55,605 bases of DNA from a virus (taxonomy: Duplodnaviria > Caudoviricetes). The notes below the pieces were generated by a model. It was not told the DNA's origin. It saw nothing but the letters and a program-made list of their open reading frames with translations, and ran no database searches. The stretch is from IMG/VR virus record IMGVR_UViG_3300044998_001139, positions 1-55,605 of that record. One strand, written 5' to 3'. How positions within the stretch are numbered: the first letter of the stretch is position 1; each line of letters begins with the position of its first letter. This document shows positions 36,412 to 48,758 of this stretch, piece after piece. The translations under genes were made by a program, and so were the position numbers.

Positions 36412-37970
36412 CCGAGCGCACCGTCGCCGAGCAACGGACGGAGTTGGCCAGCGCGCCGGCGCCGGGCAGCTGGCTGGCCGCCTTGCGTGGCGAAGCGCTC
36501 GCCCGGGCGGCCTTCGGTGCGGCCGCGGCTCACTTCACGCCGGAGACGGCCGCCTCGACCTGGCCGCCCGATCGGGCCGCAGCACTGTTGGCGGAATCGC
36601 TGGCTGCGCCGGTTCCGCCCGTTGATGCGCCAGCTTTCTTGGTTGAAGTGTTGCGCCGCGACACGGCCGCGGCCGCCATCGTCGCCACCGGCATGGACGC
36701 CTTCGGCGATGCGCCGTGGCCGGATGCTCAGCGCGGCGTGTTCGCCTTCCGCCACGACTGGGCCGAACCGCTCATCGAACGCCTGCAGTGGCAGACGGCC
36801 GTCGCGCGGCTGGCCAGCGGCAACGAGGCGCGGCAGGCGCTGCGCCTGGTGCCGCGCCGCACGCTGACCTACCACGTCGGTCATGGGCGCGCCAGCGATG
36901 CGCTGGTCGCGGACTGGCTGGCCGACCATCTCGGGCAACTGGCGCTGTGGCCGTTGCCGCAGGACGCGGTGCACCTGACCGAAGCCTGTCCGCGCGGCGC
37001 CATGGCGCTGGCCGTGACGGCGGCCGACGAGCGCCGCTTCGGGCCGACCACGGCCGATCTGCGCCTGCGGTTCGACGGGGTGCAAGGCTGGGACGGGGAC
37101 GAGCGCTGGGTCCTGATCCTCGCAGCCGATGGCTGGCAGACCGCACGGCTGGCGCACCTGGACACCGAGCGGCTGTGGCTGGCCGCCCCGCTGGCGCGCG
37201 CGGTGCCGGCAGGCGCGGCAGTCATGCCGCTGGTGTGGGGCCGGGCGCTGGAGGCGGCCGATCTGGCGCAGTGGGTGCCCGGCGTGGCCGGCGGCCGCGT
37301 GAGCGCCAGCCTCACGCCATCCCCGACGCCGGATATGGGCCTGCCGGGCGATCCGCTGCTCGACGGCCTGCCGGTCTGGCCCGACGGCAACTGGCGCGAC
37401 GATCCGGCCGCCACCGTGCAGGGCATCGTCACCCGGATGGATGTTTCGCCTGCCGATGCCTGGGTGCGCCGCGATGATCCGTGGCCGACGACGACGTTCC
37501 AGCGGCGCTATCTGGCCGCCTCACTCGATGAGATCCAGATCTGGCGCGCGCGGCTGTGGCGCACGCAGGGCCGCCTTAAAGCCTTCTGGCTGCCCGATGG
37601 CCTGGCGCCGGTGCTGCGGGTGACGGCAGAGGCTGACCCCGAAGACGGCTTCCTGCGAGTGACGGGCGAGGACATCTCTGCGTTCTGGCACCGCCCGGCG
37701 GGCGCGCTGATCCTGCACCCGGACGGCAGCCGGCAGCACGCGCTGACCGCGACCTGCCACCGCGATCAGGGCGGCGTGCTGGTATTGCGCTCGGGGCTGG
37801 ACGTGCCGGTGCCCGCCGGCAGCCGCGTGGTGCGGCTTGCTCGCTGCCGCCTCGACCACGACGCCGTCGATCTTTACTGGCACACGCCCACGCTGGTCGA
37901 GATGCCCATCACCGCGTGTCAACTGCCGCATCCGCGCGGCAATGACCGCGTCCTCTATGTCGGTTACTGA
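36408..37970 (+). CDS. Tail/distal tail protein
   Basis: ERLQWQT..SGNEARQALR..PRR; GRLKAFWLP; RLDHD. Confidence 0.65.
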   Translation: MTERTVAEQRTELASAPAPGSWLAALRGEALARAAFGAAAAHFTPETAASTWPPDRAAALLAESLAAPVPPVDAPAFLVEVLRRDTAAAAIVATGMDAFGDAPWPDAQRGVFAFRHDWAEPLIERLQWQTAVARLASGNEARQALRLVPRRTLTYHVGHGRASDALVADWLADHLGQLALWPLPQDAVHLTEACPRGAMALAVTAADERRFGPTTADLRLRFDGVQGWDGDERWVLILAADGWQTARLAHLDTERLWLAAPLARAVPAGAAVMPLVWGRALEAADLAQWVPGVAGGRVSASLTPSPTPDMGLPGDPLLDGLPVWPDGNWRDDPAATVQGIVTRMDVSPADAWVRRDDPWPTTTFQRRYLAASLDEIQIWRARLWRTQGRLKAFWLPDGLAPVLRVTAEADPEDGFLRVTGEDISAFWHRPAGALILHPDGSRQHALTATCHRDQGGVLVLRSGLDVPVPAGSRVVRLARCRLDHDAVDLYWHTPTLVEMPITACQLPHPRGNDRVLYVGY

Positions 37971-37972
37971 CC

Positions 37973-38761
37973 ATGAGCGAAACGACACTTGCCGAAGTCG
38001 AGCTCTACGCCTTCGCCAGCAACAGCGCGCAGTTCCATCTGACCCCGCACGAGTTCGACGTCGATCTGGGCGGTACGGTGTACGTGAGCACGCCCATCGA
38101 GCGCAACGAACTGGCGCTGGGTGCCGAGGCCGCCAAATCGGCGCTGGAGCTGAAACTGCCGCAGACCTGCGATCTGGTGCGGCATCTGCTCGCCAATGCG
38201 CTGACCGGCGACACCACGGCCATCACCCTGCGCATCGCCCGGCGCGACCCCTGGGGCGACACCTGGTGGATCGCCGGCACGCGCTGGATGGGCCGGGTGC
38301 TGGGCGTCGAAGTGGCGGACGATGCGGCGCGCGTGCGCTGCGAATCCGCGCAGGTCAGCCTCAAGCGCATCGGCTTGCGGCGGCTCTACAGCCGCACCTG
38401 CTCGCACGTGCTGTATTCGGCGGCCTGCGGGGCCTCACCGATCACGGCCAGCGCCATCGTGGGCGGCAGCACGGGGCGCAGCGTCGATCTCGCTGGCGGC
38501 GTGCCCGGCAGCGTCAGCGGCGGCCTGGCCGGTGGATGGCTGCAAACCCCGGAAGGGGCGCGCCACATGATCGTGAGTGAAACGGGCGGCGGCGTCGAGT
38601 TGCTCTATCCCACGACCATCGAGCCCGGCACCGAGGTGCTGCTGACGGCGGGCTGCGACCACAGCACGGCCACGTGCGCGTCGCGCTTCGGCAACCTCGA
38701 CAACTACGGCGGCTTCCCGTTCATCCCGAGCAAAAACCCGTTCTCGACGGGCGTGTTCTGA
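37973..38761 (+). CDS. BR0599-family (GTA-like hub) tail protein
   Basis: CSHVLYSAACG..AGCDHSTATC..FGNLDNYGGFPFIP. Confidence 0.85.
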   Translation: MSETTLAEVELYAFASNSAQFHLTPHEFDVDLGGTVYVSTPIERNELALGAEAAKSALELKLPQTCDLVRHLLANALTGDTTAITLRIARRDPWGDTWWIAGTRWMGRVLGVEVADDAARVRCESAQVSLKRIGLRRLYSRTCSHVLYSAACGASPITASAIVGGSTGRSVDLAGGVPGSVSGGLAGGWLQTPEGARHMIVSETGGGVELLYPTTIEPGTEVLLTAGCDHSTATCASRFGNLDNYGGFPFIPSKNPFSTGVF

Positions 38762-38779
38762 ATCCCTGGAGACAGCGCC

Positions 38780-39007
38780 ATGTGGTACCTCGTCGTCATC
38801 GTGGTGGCGGCGCTGGTCTCGGTCGCGCTCGCGCCGAAACCGCCCGAGCCCAAACCGGCGTCCCTGTCCGACGTCGATGCCCCCACCGCAGAAGAAGGCC
38901 GGCCCATTCCCGTCGTCTTCGGCGCGGTGCTCATCCGCGGCGCCAACGTCGTCTGGTACGGCGACCTGGAAGCCGAACCGATCAAGAAGAAAGGCGGCAA
39001 GAAATGA
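38780..39007 (+). CDS. Small tail-tip assembly protein
   Basis: Hydrophobic N-terminus; PTAEEGRPIPVVFG..NVVWYGD. Confidence 0.7.
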   Translation: MWYLVVIVVAALVSVALAPKPPEPKPASLSDVDAPTAEEGRPIPVVFGAVLIRGANVVWYGDLEAEPIKKKGGKK

Positions 39008-39213
39008 GCAGCGACGTCCTCGTCACCATCGCCCACGTGCGCGCCGCGGGCCTGTGCGTGCACGGCACGCGCGCCTGGTTTGCGCGCCAGGGCCTGGACT
39101 TCCGGGCCTTCCTCGCCCGTGGGCTTCCCGCCTCGATCTTGCTCGCCACGGGCGATGCGATGGCCGCACGCGTGGTCGAGGTCGCCCGGCATGGCCATGA
39201 GGAGCCGCGCTGA
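39004..39213 (+). CDS. Small tail-region protein
   Basis: GLCVHGTRAWFARQGLDFRAFL; coupled to both neighbours. Confidence 0.65.
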   Translation: MSSDVLVTIAHVRAAGLCVHGTRAWFARQGLDFRAFLARGLPASILLATGDAMAARVVEVARHGHEEPR

Positions 39214-41486
39214 TGGGCGGCAGCAGCAAAAAGCAAACCGTCGGCTACCGCTACCGGATGGGCCTGCATCTGGTGCTGTGCCAGGGGCCGGTGGACGCCG
39301 TGCAGGAAATCCAGATGGGCGAGCGCACCGCGTGGGGCGATGCCGACCGCGCGCCGCTCGCAAGCGGCCACGGCCTCGCCAGCCTCTGGATCGACAAGCC
39401 CACGCTGTTTGGCGGCGACGAGCGCGAAGGCGGCGTGGTCGGCACCATCGATGTGCTCTCGGGCCATGCCGGTCAGGAGCGCAACGACTACCTGATGAGC
39501 CGCCTGGGGTCAGCCATTCCGGCCTTCCGGGGTGTGCTGTCCTTGGTGGCACGCAAGATCCTGTTCGCGGCCAACAACCCCTACATCAAACCGTGGGCCG
39601 TGCGCGTGCGGCGCTTCACGGCGGGTTGGTTCGATGCGCCGTGGATGGAATGGAACGCCGAAGTCCGCACCTGGGATGAGGACGAAGGCCGTGAGATCAG
39701 TGTCGGTATGAACCCGGCGCACATTCTGGTGCAGTGCCTCACCGATCCGCATTGGGGCATGGGCTATCCGCAGAGCACCATCGGCTGGAGCTTCTGGAAC
39801 GCGGCGTGGGCTTTGTCGAGCGAGGGCTTCGGCCTCAATCTGATCTGGACGCGCCAGCAGCCCATCGAGAGCTTCATCGGCCAGGTCCTCGACCACATTG
39901 GCGGCATCCTCTACACCGAGCTGGAGCAAGGCACGTTCGAGCTGAAACTGCTGCGCGACGACTATTGGATCGACAGCCTGCCGCAGTTGGGGCCTGACGA
40001 AATCGTGCGGTTGGAACGCTTCGAGCGCGCCCAGTGGGGCGAGTTGCCCAACGAGATCACCGTGGTCTACACCGACTGGGCCACAGGAGGTGAGGCGACC
40101 GTCTCCGTGCAGAACCTCGCCGCCATCCAGTTGCAAGGCGGCGTCATCAACCAGCGCCGCGACTATCCGGGCGTGAACCACGGGCCGCTGGCCGCGCGGC
40201 TGGCGCTGCGCGACCTGCGCGCGCTGGGCTCGCCGCTGGCCCGGATGAGCCTGACCGTGGCACCCGACACGCTGGAGCGTGCGCCGCTGCCGGGCGATGT
40301 GTTCCTGCTGCACTGGCCGCGGCTGGGCATCGAGCGCATGGTCGTGCGCGTGACCGGCATCGACACCGGCACCCTGGGCGCAGCCGAGTGGCGCATCGAG
40401 GCGGTGGAGGACGTGTTCGGGATGAGCAACACCGTGCTGTCGCCGCCGCCACCACGCGCCGAAGAACCGACCATTGAGCCGCTGCCGCCCGCCCTGGTGC
40501 TGGCGGTGGAAGTGCCGTACTGGGAACTGGCCCGGCGCCTGAGCCGTGCCGAGCTGGACTACCTGACCGACACCGACACCTACGTTGGCGCACTGGCGGC
40601 AGCAGGCGGTACCGGGCAGTTGAATTGGCAACTGGCCAGCGGCGCGTCTGCAAGCAGCCTCTCGCCAGTCGTGGGCGAGGACTACGCGCCGCTGCTCACG
40701 CTCGATGCGGCGCTGCCTGCGAGCGAAGCCGATGCACTGGCCGCGCCGGTGACGGCCACCAGCCAGCCGCAGCGACTGGCCGTGGGCGACTACGCCTACC
40801 TGGTCGATGCCGCAGGCCAGATCCGCGAAGCCGTGGCGATTCTCGCCTTCGATGCCACCGCGGGCACGGTCGATCTCGCCCGCGGCGTGCTCGACACCAC
40901 ACCGCAAGCCCATCCGGCCGGCACGCAGCTCATCGGCGTGGGTGAATGGATGACTGCCGAGACCACCGAACGCGCGCCGGGCGAGTCGGTGTTCGTCGCC
41001 GCCATTCCGCGCACCACCACCGACCAGGGCGACGCGGTGCTCGCCGCCAACGGCCAGCCGCTGGTGCTGACCGGCCGCCAGGCACGGCCGTATCCACCCG
41101 GGCGCATCCGGCTCAACGGCCAGCGCGAGCCCGCCGTGGTGGCCGGCGACTTGACCCTCACCTGGGCGCACCGCGACCGCATCCAGCAGACCGCCTACCT
41201 GGTCCAGCAGGACGAGGGCGACATCGGCCCCGAGCCCGGCACCACCTACACCGTGCGCCTGCGCGACCGCAACGGCACCCTCGTGCGCAGCGAAACGGGC
41301 ATCGCCGGCAACACCTGGACCTGGGACGTGGCCAGTGCCGCCCTGGACGCCGGCGTCGCGGGCGATACCGTCACCGTCGAGCTCGAGGCCGAGCGCGACG
41401 GCCTGAGCAGTTGGCAGGCGCAGGTGCGCAGCGTCGAGCGCGCCGGCTACGGCCTGCACTGGGGGCAGTACTGGGGAGGTGTGTGA
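39213..41486 (+). CDS. Tail tip/central spike protein (Phage-tail_3-like)
   Basis: VGYRY, PAFRGV, NNPYIKPW, MNPAHI, FELKLLRDDY, DLARGVLDT, RPYPPG. Confidence 0.8.
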   Translation: MGGSSKKQTVGYRYRMGLHLVLCQGPVDAVQEIQMGERTAWGDADRAPLASGHGLASLWIDKPTLFGGDEREGGVVGTIDVLSGHAGQERNDYLMSRLGSAIPAFRGVLSLVARKILFAANNPYIKPWAVRVRRFTAGWFDAPWMEWNAEVRTWDEDEGREISVGMNPAHILVQCLTDPHWGMGYPQSTIGWSFWNAAWALSSEGFGLNLIWTRQQPIESFIGQVLDHIGGILYTELEQGTFELKLLRDDYWIDSLPQLGPDEIVRLERFERAQWGELPNEITVVYTDWATGGEATVSVQNLAAIQLQGGVINQRRDYPGVNHGPLAARLALRDLRALGSPLARMSLTVAPDTLERAPLPGDVFLLHWPRLGIERMVVRVTGIDTGTLGAAEWRIEAVEDVFGMSNTVLSPPPPRAEEPTIEPLPPALVLAVEVPYWELARRLSRAELDYLTDTDTYVGALAAAGGTGQLNWQLASGASASSLSPVVGEDYAPLLTLDAALPASEADALAAPVTATSQPQRLAVGDYAYLVDAAGQIREAVAILAFDATAGTVDLARGVLDTTPQAHPAGTQLIGVGEWMTAETTERAPGESVFVAAIPRTTTDQGDAVLAANGQPLVLTGRQARPYPPGRIRLNGQREPAVVAGDLTLTWAHRDRIQQTAYLVQQDEGDIGPEPGTTYTVRLRDRNGTLVRSETGIAGNTWTWDVASAALDAGVAGDTVTVELEAERDGLSSWQAQVRSVERAGYGLHWGQYWGGV

Positions 41487-42121
41487 TGGTTGCGACCCTC
41501 GACATGAATGAGCAGCCGCGCATCGACGTGCACCTGCTCACCCTCGACGAGCCCCAGCACTGGCGCGAGGAATGCCTCGCGAGCCTCGAAGGCGCGCCGA
41601 TCCAGCTGCACGTGCTGCCGGGTATTCCGGGTCGGATCGGTGAGGCGCGCGCAGCCGGCTACGCGCGAGGGACTTTGTCGCTGGTGTCCTTCGTCGATCC
41701 CGACGACCGCTACGAGGCCGCGGCATTCGCGCCCCTGGCCGATGCGCTCGAGGCCTGCCCCTCGGCGGTGCTCGCCTACACCGACGAGGCGCTGATCGAC
41801 GAGGACGGCCGCCCCCTCGGCGTGCGGCGGCTGGCCTACAGCGCCTTCCAGCACGCCCACTCGGCCAGCCATGTCCATGGTCTGATCGTGATGCGCCGAG
41901 CAGTCGTCGAAGCCGTGCTCGCCGCCACCACCGACATCCACCCCATGGCCGACTGGCTGTTGACCCGGCTGGTGGCCCAGCGCGGTGGCGTGCTGCACCT
42001 GCCCATCGTCGGGCGGCACTGGCGGAAGCATCCGAACCAACACCACCGCCGCGCGCGCAGCACGGCTTTGGGGCACTGCCGAGTCTTGCGACACCTTGAG
42101 GAGATGAACCGATGCCATTGA
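41486..42121 (+). CDS. GT-A fold (family 2-like) glycosyltransferase
   Basis: ECLASL..EARAAGY..VSFVDPDD (DxD)..DWLL..WRKH; TGATG-coupled to the tail tip gene. Confidence 0.65.
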   Translation: MVATLDMNEQPRIDVHLLTLDEPQHWREECLASLEGAPIQLHVLPGIPGRIGEARAAGYARGTLSLVSFVDPDDRYEAAAFAPLADALEACPSAVLAYTDEALIDEDGRPLGVRRLAYSAFQHAHSASHVHGLIVMRRAVVEAVLAATTDIHPMADWLLTRLVAQRGGVLHLPIVGRHWRKHPNQHHRRARSTALGHCRVLRHLEEMNRCH

Positions 42122-42462
42122 CCGATCCGAACCTGGGACTCGTCTACGGCTGGACGCTGGGCGAGTCCGGCTGGCACACAGGGATGGATGCGAATCTGAA
42201 GCGCCTGGGCGCCATCGTCGGCCTGTCCGTCAAAGACCGCGGCCTGACCGCGCCACCCGCCAGTCCGGCCGATGGCGACCGCTACATCATCCCGCCAGGA
42301 GCCACCGGCGACTGGGCCGGCCGGACCGACCAGATTGCCGTGCGGATCAACGGCGCCTGGGAGTACCACGCGCCCCAGGTCGGCTGGCTGGCCTACATCG
42401 AGGACGAGGACAAACTCACCGTCTTCAAGCCAACCGGCTGGAGCGCAGGCGTCGCCATCTGA
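42112..42462 (+). CDS. DUF2793 domain protein
   Basis: LTAPPASPADGDRYII..ATGDWAG..GAWEY..PQVGWLAYIEDE. Confidence 0.8.
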   Translation: MPLTDPNLGLVYGWTLGESGWHTGMDANLKRLGAIVGLSVKDRGLTAPPASPADGDRYIIPPGATGDWAGRTDQIAVRINGAWEYHAPQVGWLAYIEDEDKLTVFKPTGWSAGVAI

Positions 42463-42484
42463 TTTCCCATCTTCGTACCCACCA

Positions 42485-42517
42485 GAAACCCGCCCCAGAG
42501 GCGGGTTTCGCATTTTT
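42485..42517 (+). terminator. Intrinsic terminator between tail and lysis genes
   Basis: GAAACCCGCC-CCAGA-GGCGGGTTTC then GCATTTTT. Confidence 0.7.
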
Positions 42518-42527
42518 GGAGACCGCC

Positions 42528-42833
42528 ATGACCGAATCCGAACAACAACCGCCCGCCCTCGTCGAGAACATGCTCCTCTTGCGCCGCGAGGACTTCGATG
42601 AACTGCTCGACCGCGCCGCCGAACGTGGGGCCGAGAAGGTCTTGTCTCACCTTGGTCTGGAGAACGGCCGTGCCGCCAAGGACATCCGCGAGCTGCGCGA
42701 CCTGCTCGAAGCCTGGCGCGATGCCCGCCGCACGGCCTGGCAGACCGCCGTCAAGGTCGTGACCACCGGCATCCTGGCCGCGCTGCTGGTGGGCGCCGCC
42801 ATCAAGCTGAAGCTGATGGGAGGTAGCCAATGA
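42528..42833 (+). CDS. DUF6127-like membrane protein (lysis cassette)
   Basis: AAERGA..DIRELRDLLEAWR; C-terminal hydrophobic segment. Confidence 0.7.
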   Translation: MTESEQQPPALVENMLLLRREDFDELLDRAAERGAEKVLSHLGLENGRAAKDIRELRDLLEAWRDARRTAWQTAVKVVTTGILAALLVGAAIKLKLMGGSQ

Positions 42834-43306
42834 TCGAGACCTTGCTCGGTGGCCTTCTCGGCGGGGCCTTCCGTCTGGCCCCCGAGGTCCTCAAGTGGCT
42901 GGACCGCAAGGGAGAGCGTGGCCACGAACTGGCGATGCAGGACAAGGCGCTGGAGTTCGAGAAGCTGCGTGGCGCGCAGCGAATGTCGGAAATCGGCGCG
43001 GGTGCCGACGCCGCGTGGAACGTCGGAGCCATCGAAACCCTGCGCGAAGCCGTTCGCACACAGGGCGAGAAAACCGGCGTGCGCTGGGCCGATGCCTTGT
43101 CCTGCAGCGTTCGCCCCGTCATCACCTACTGGTTCATGGCACTGTACTGCGCCGCCAAGACCGCAACAGTCGCAGCCGCCGTGACAGGGGGCGCAGGCTG
43201 GGGTGTGGCCATCCTGTATGCCTGGACGGAGGCAGACCAAGCTCTGTGGGCCGGGGTGCTGAACTTCTGGTTCCTCGGGCGCGTGTTCGACCGGGTGCGG
43301 CCGTGA
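42830..43306 (+). CDS. Holin-like membrane protein
   Basis: Hydrophobic segments; SVRPVITY..FWFLGR; upstream of the lysozyme. Confidence 0.6.
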   Translation: MIETLLGGLLGGAFRLAPEVLKWLDRKGERGHELAMQDKALEFEKLRGAQRMSEIGAGADAAWNVGAIETLREAVRTQGEKTGVRWADALSCSVRPVITYWFMALYCAAKTATVAAAVTGGAGWGVAILYAWTEADQALWAGVLNFWFLGRVFDRVRP

Positions 43307-43761
43307 TCGAGGTACCCCAGGCGGCCATCGACCTGGCCAAGCGCTTCGAGGGCTTTCACCGCGTGCCAAAGAACGATCCCGGCCGCGCGCACCCCTATGT
43401 ATGCCCGGCTGGCTACTGGACGATCGGCTACGGCCACCTCTGCGATCCGAAGCATCCTCCGATCACGGAGGCTGAGGCGGAGCGCTATCTGGCGGAAGAC
43501 TTCAGGATCGCGCTGGCTGCGACCCTGCGCTACTGCCCGGTGCTGGCGACCGGGCCCGAGGGGCGGCTGGCTGCCATCGTCGACTTCACCTTCAACCTCG
43601 GCGCGGGGCGGCTGCAGACGTCGACGCTGCGGCGGCGGGTCAACCAGCGAGACTGGGCTGCCGCCGCAACGGAGCTACGTCGCTGGGTCTACGGCGGCGG
43701 AAAGGTGCTGCCTGGGTTGGTCGCTCGCCGTGAAGCAGAAGCGCGAATGCTGTCGGCCTGA
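43303..43761 (+). CDS. Phage lysozyme (GH24 endolysin)
   Basis: KRFEGF..YVCPAGYWTIGYGH, FTFNLG, STL, RWVY..GLVARR..E; GTG start. Confidence 0.9.
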   Translation: MIEVPQAAIDLAKRFEGFHRVPKNDPGRAHPYVCPAGYWTIGYGHLCDPKHPPITEAEAERYLAEDFRIALAATLRYCPVLATGPEGRLAAIVDFTFNLGAGRLQTSTLRRRVNQRDWAAAATELRRWVYGGGKVLPGLVARREAEARMLSA

Positions 43762-43774
43762 ATCACTTCAGGGC

Positions 43775-44665
43775 TTAGGCCCAGACTTCATCCAGATTCT
43801 TTGCCGCCAGCAGCTTTTCCCGCAGCGCGTAGCGGGACGACTGCATATTGATTTCGCTGTTCTCCGGGCGCGGGATTGGGACAATCGCAGTCGCCGGCCC
43901 TTTGAACTTGATCATGTACTTCCCGGTGTCGTTGTAAGGCAGGATCGCCTCGACCTCGGCAATGTGAGTGATCGCAGCGACAGGGGCGACCTGATAGGCC
44001 GCGATGAACTTCAGCTTCGAGATGTGCTTGGCATTGATCCGAACGGCAAACCAGCAGTTCTCGTTCAGGAAGCGTTGTTTGAATCCTTCCTCGCGCGCGG
44101 GAACGACGATGGTGTCGAACTTGTCGTTCTCCGATCCAACGGGCTGCACCTGATCGCTCGGGTCTTCCTGCTTCGGCGGGGTGAAAGCGTTGATGCCAAG
44201 CATCGGCAGGATCAGCAACATGTCGGCCAGGAAGGCCTGCGCCGTTGCCCTGGCTGCTGGGGCCATCGTCGGAGCCGTCGGGTTGTTTTTGTTCAGAAGG
44301 ATGGCCCGGTCATGCTTCTTGGCCAGCGCCACCAGCGCCGACTCCAGGTACTGCACCTCGGTCTTGCCGATCTTGTGGTTGCGGTCGAAGAAGTAGACGC
44401 CCCATACCCAGCCTTCCTTATTCGAGACGTGGTTCTTCAGCCGGTCACCGACGGGGTCGGCCTCGCCGATGTAGATGGTTTCCTCGGCGGCGTTGCCAAC
44501 CAGGATGTAGATGCCAGCCTGCGAGAAACCCGGCTCCTGCTTTAGCTGATGGAACAGCTCCTTGGTGAAGACAACGCCGTAGCCCGACCAGTTCGACTTG
44601 TCGACGTGGCGAATTCCCTCGGGGTCACCGGTGGTGGCAAACAGTGTGATGGAAAACGGCTGCAT
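43775..44665 (-). CDS. GIY-YIG nuclease with an additional C-terminal domain
   Basis: GIYILVG..IYIGEA..RLKNH..YLES..N. Confidence 0.8.
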   Translation of the reverse strand: MQPFSITLFATTGDPEGIRHVDKSNWSGYGVVFTKELFHQLKQEPGFSQAGIYILVGNAAEETIYIGEADPVGDRLKNHVSNKEGWVWGVYFFDRNHKIGKTEVQYLESALVALAKKHDRAILLNKNNPTAPTMAPAARATAQAFLADMLLILPMLGINAFTPPKQEDPSDQVQPVGSENDKFDTIVVPAREEGFKQRFLNENCWFAVRINAKHISKLKFIAAYQVAPVAAITHIAEVEAILPYNDTGKYMIKFKGPATAIVPIPRPENSEINMQSSRYALREKLLAAKNLDEVWA

Positions 44666-44762
44666 TTAGTTGCTCCCCAGCGCGGGCGACGTAGGCCGGG
44701 CCGTTCCATAAAACGCTAGCGGCCAACCGCACCTTCTACGGTGAATATCTTGATCACTCATT

Positions 44763-47905
<3,143 letters not shown>

Positions 47906-47906
<1 letters not shown>

Positions 47907-48652
47907 TACGGTTCTCCTTGTTCTTCGATGGGCTCCACAGCCGGAGCAGGTGCCCCTCGCGCCGCATTCAACGCCTCCACGTAGGCGTCCCGATCCAATA
48001 GGTAAAGCAGACGACTGACTTCGATGTTGATGGGTAGCTCATCACCGCCTGGCAGCAGGAAACGCAAGGTTGGCGAGTTGCCGTCCTCGACATCCACCGC
48101 CAGCCCCACGTGGGCGTCGATCAGCGCGTTGGCCTCCGCGAACCGCTCCCACGGCTCACGGGAACTGATCGGATCGAGCTGTGCATCCAGATATGCCTTG
48201 TGCAGAAAGGCCACGATGGCGTCGGCTGCCAGAACCGCCGTGCGGCGGTGGTGCTCGGCCAGCCGTTCCAAATACGGGTCCTTGCCGTGGCTGGCGGGGC
48301 CCGCCTTGTTGCGCAGCTCGTTCAACGCGTCCGCCAGCTTGTGATGACTGGACACCAGCTTCTTGAATTTCTCGTCGCGGATGTCGCCCAGTTTGAGCGC
48401 GCGCACGGCGGCGCTCAGCCAATCCGACAGCGAGGGCGTCTCCTGTGTAGGCTTGAGCGGGGCTTGCTGGGTGTGGAAACTTTCCACCACCACCCGACAC
48501 ACCACCTCGACGATGGTCTTGGCGCAGTCGATGCACGCGTCATTGTCCTGCTCTAGGTTCCGCTCCAGCGCCTCGAAGGTCTGCTGCAGCATCGGCGCAT
48601 CACGCCAATGGGCGCAGGCTTCGCGGATGCCGGGGCACCAATCCAAAGTCAT
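47906..48652 (-). CDS. Abortive-infection family (Abi_C/HEPN-like) protein
   Basis: [23 protein letters not shown] (R-X-H motif); TAATG-coupled to hsdR. Confidence 0.65.
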
Positions 48653-48758
48653 ATGGACTCTCCGATGATTCGGTCGGTGTGCATCGCGCCAAGCTCGCCA
48701 ACGATGGGCTGTGGCAACAACCTACCGCACCGGGCGATAGTGGCCCGAAACATAGCGT

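Noticed and set aside
21971-41459. Very long antisense ORFs (e.g. 21971-24802, 32617-36321, 39510-41459)
   Set aside because: Shadow frames of high-GC structural genes with no recognisable domains.
35344-42462. Diversity-generating retroelement or tail-fibre invertase
   Set aside because: No reverse transcriptase, template/variable repeat pair or invertible segment was seen.
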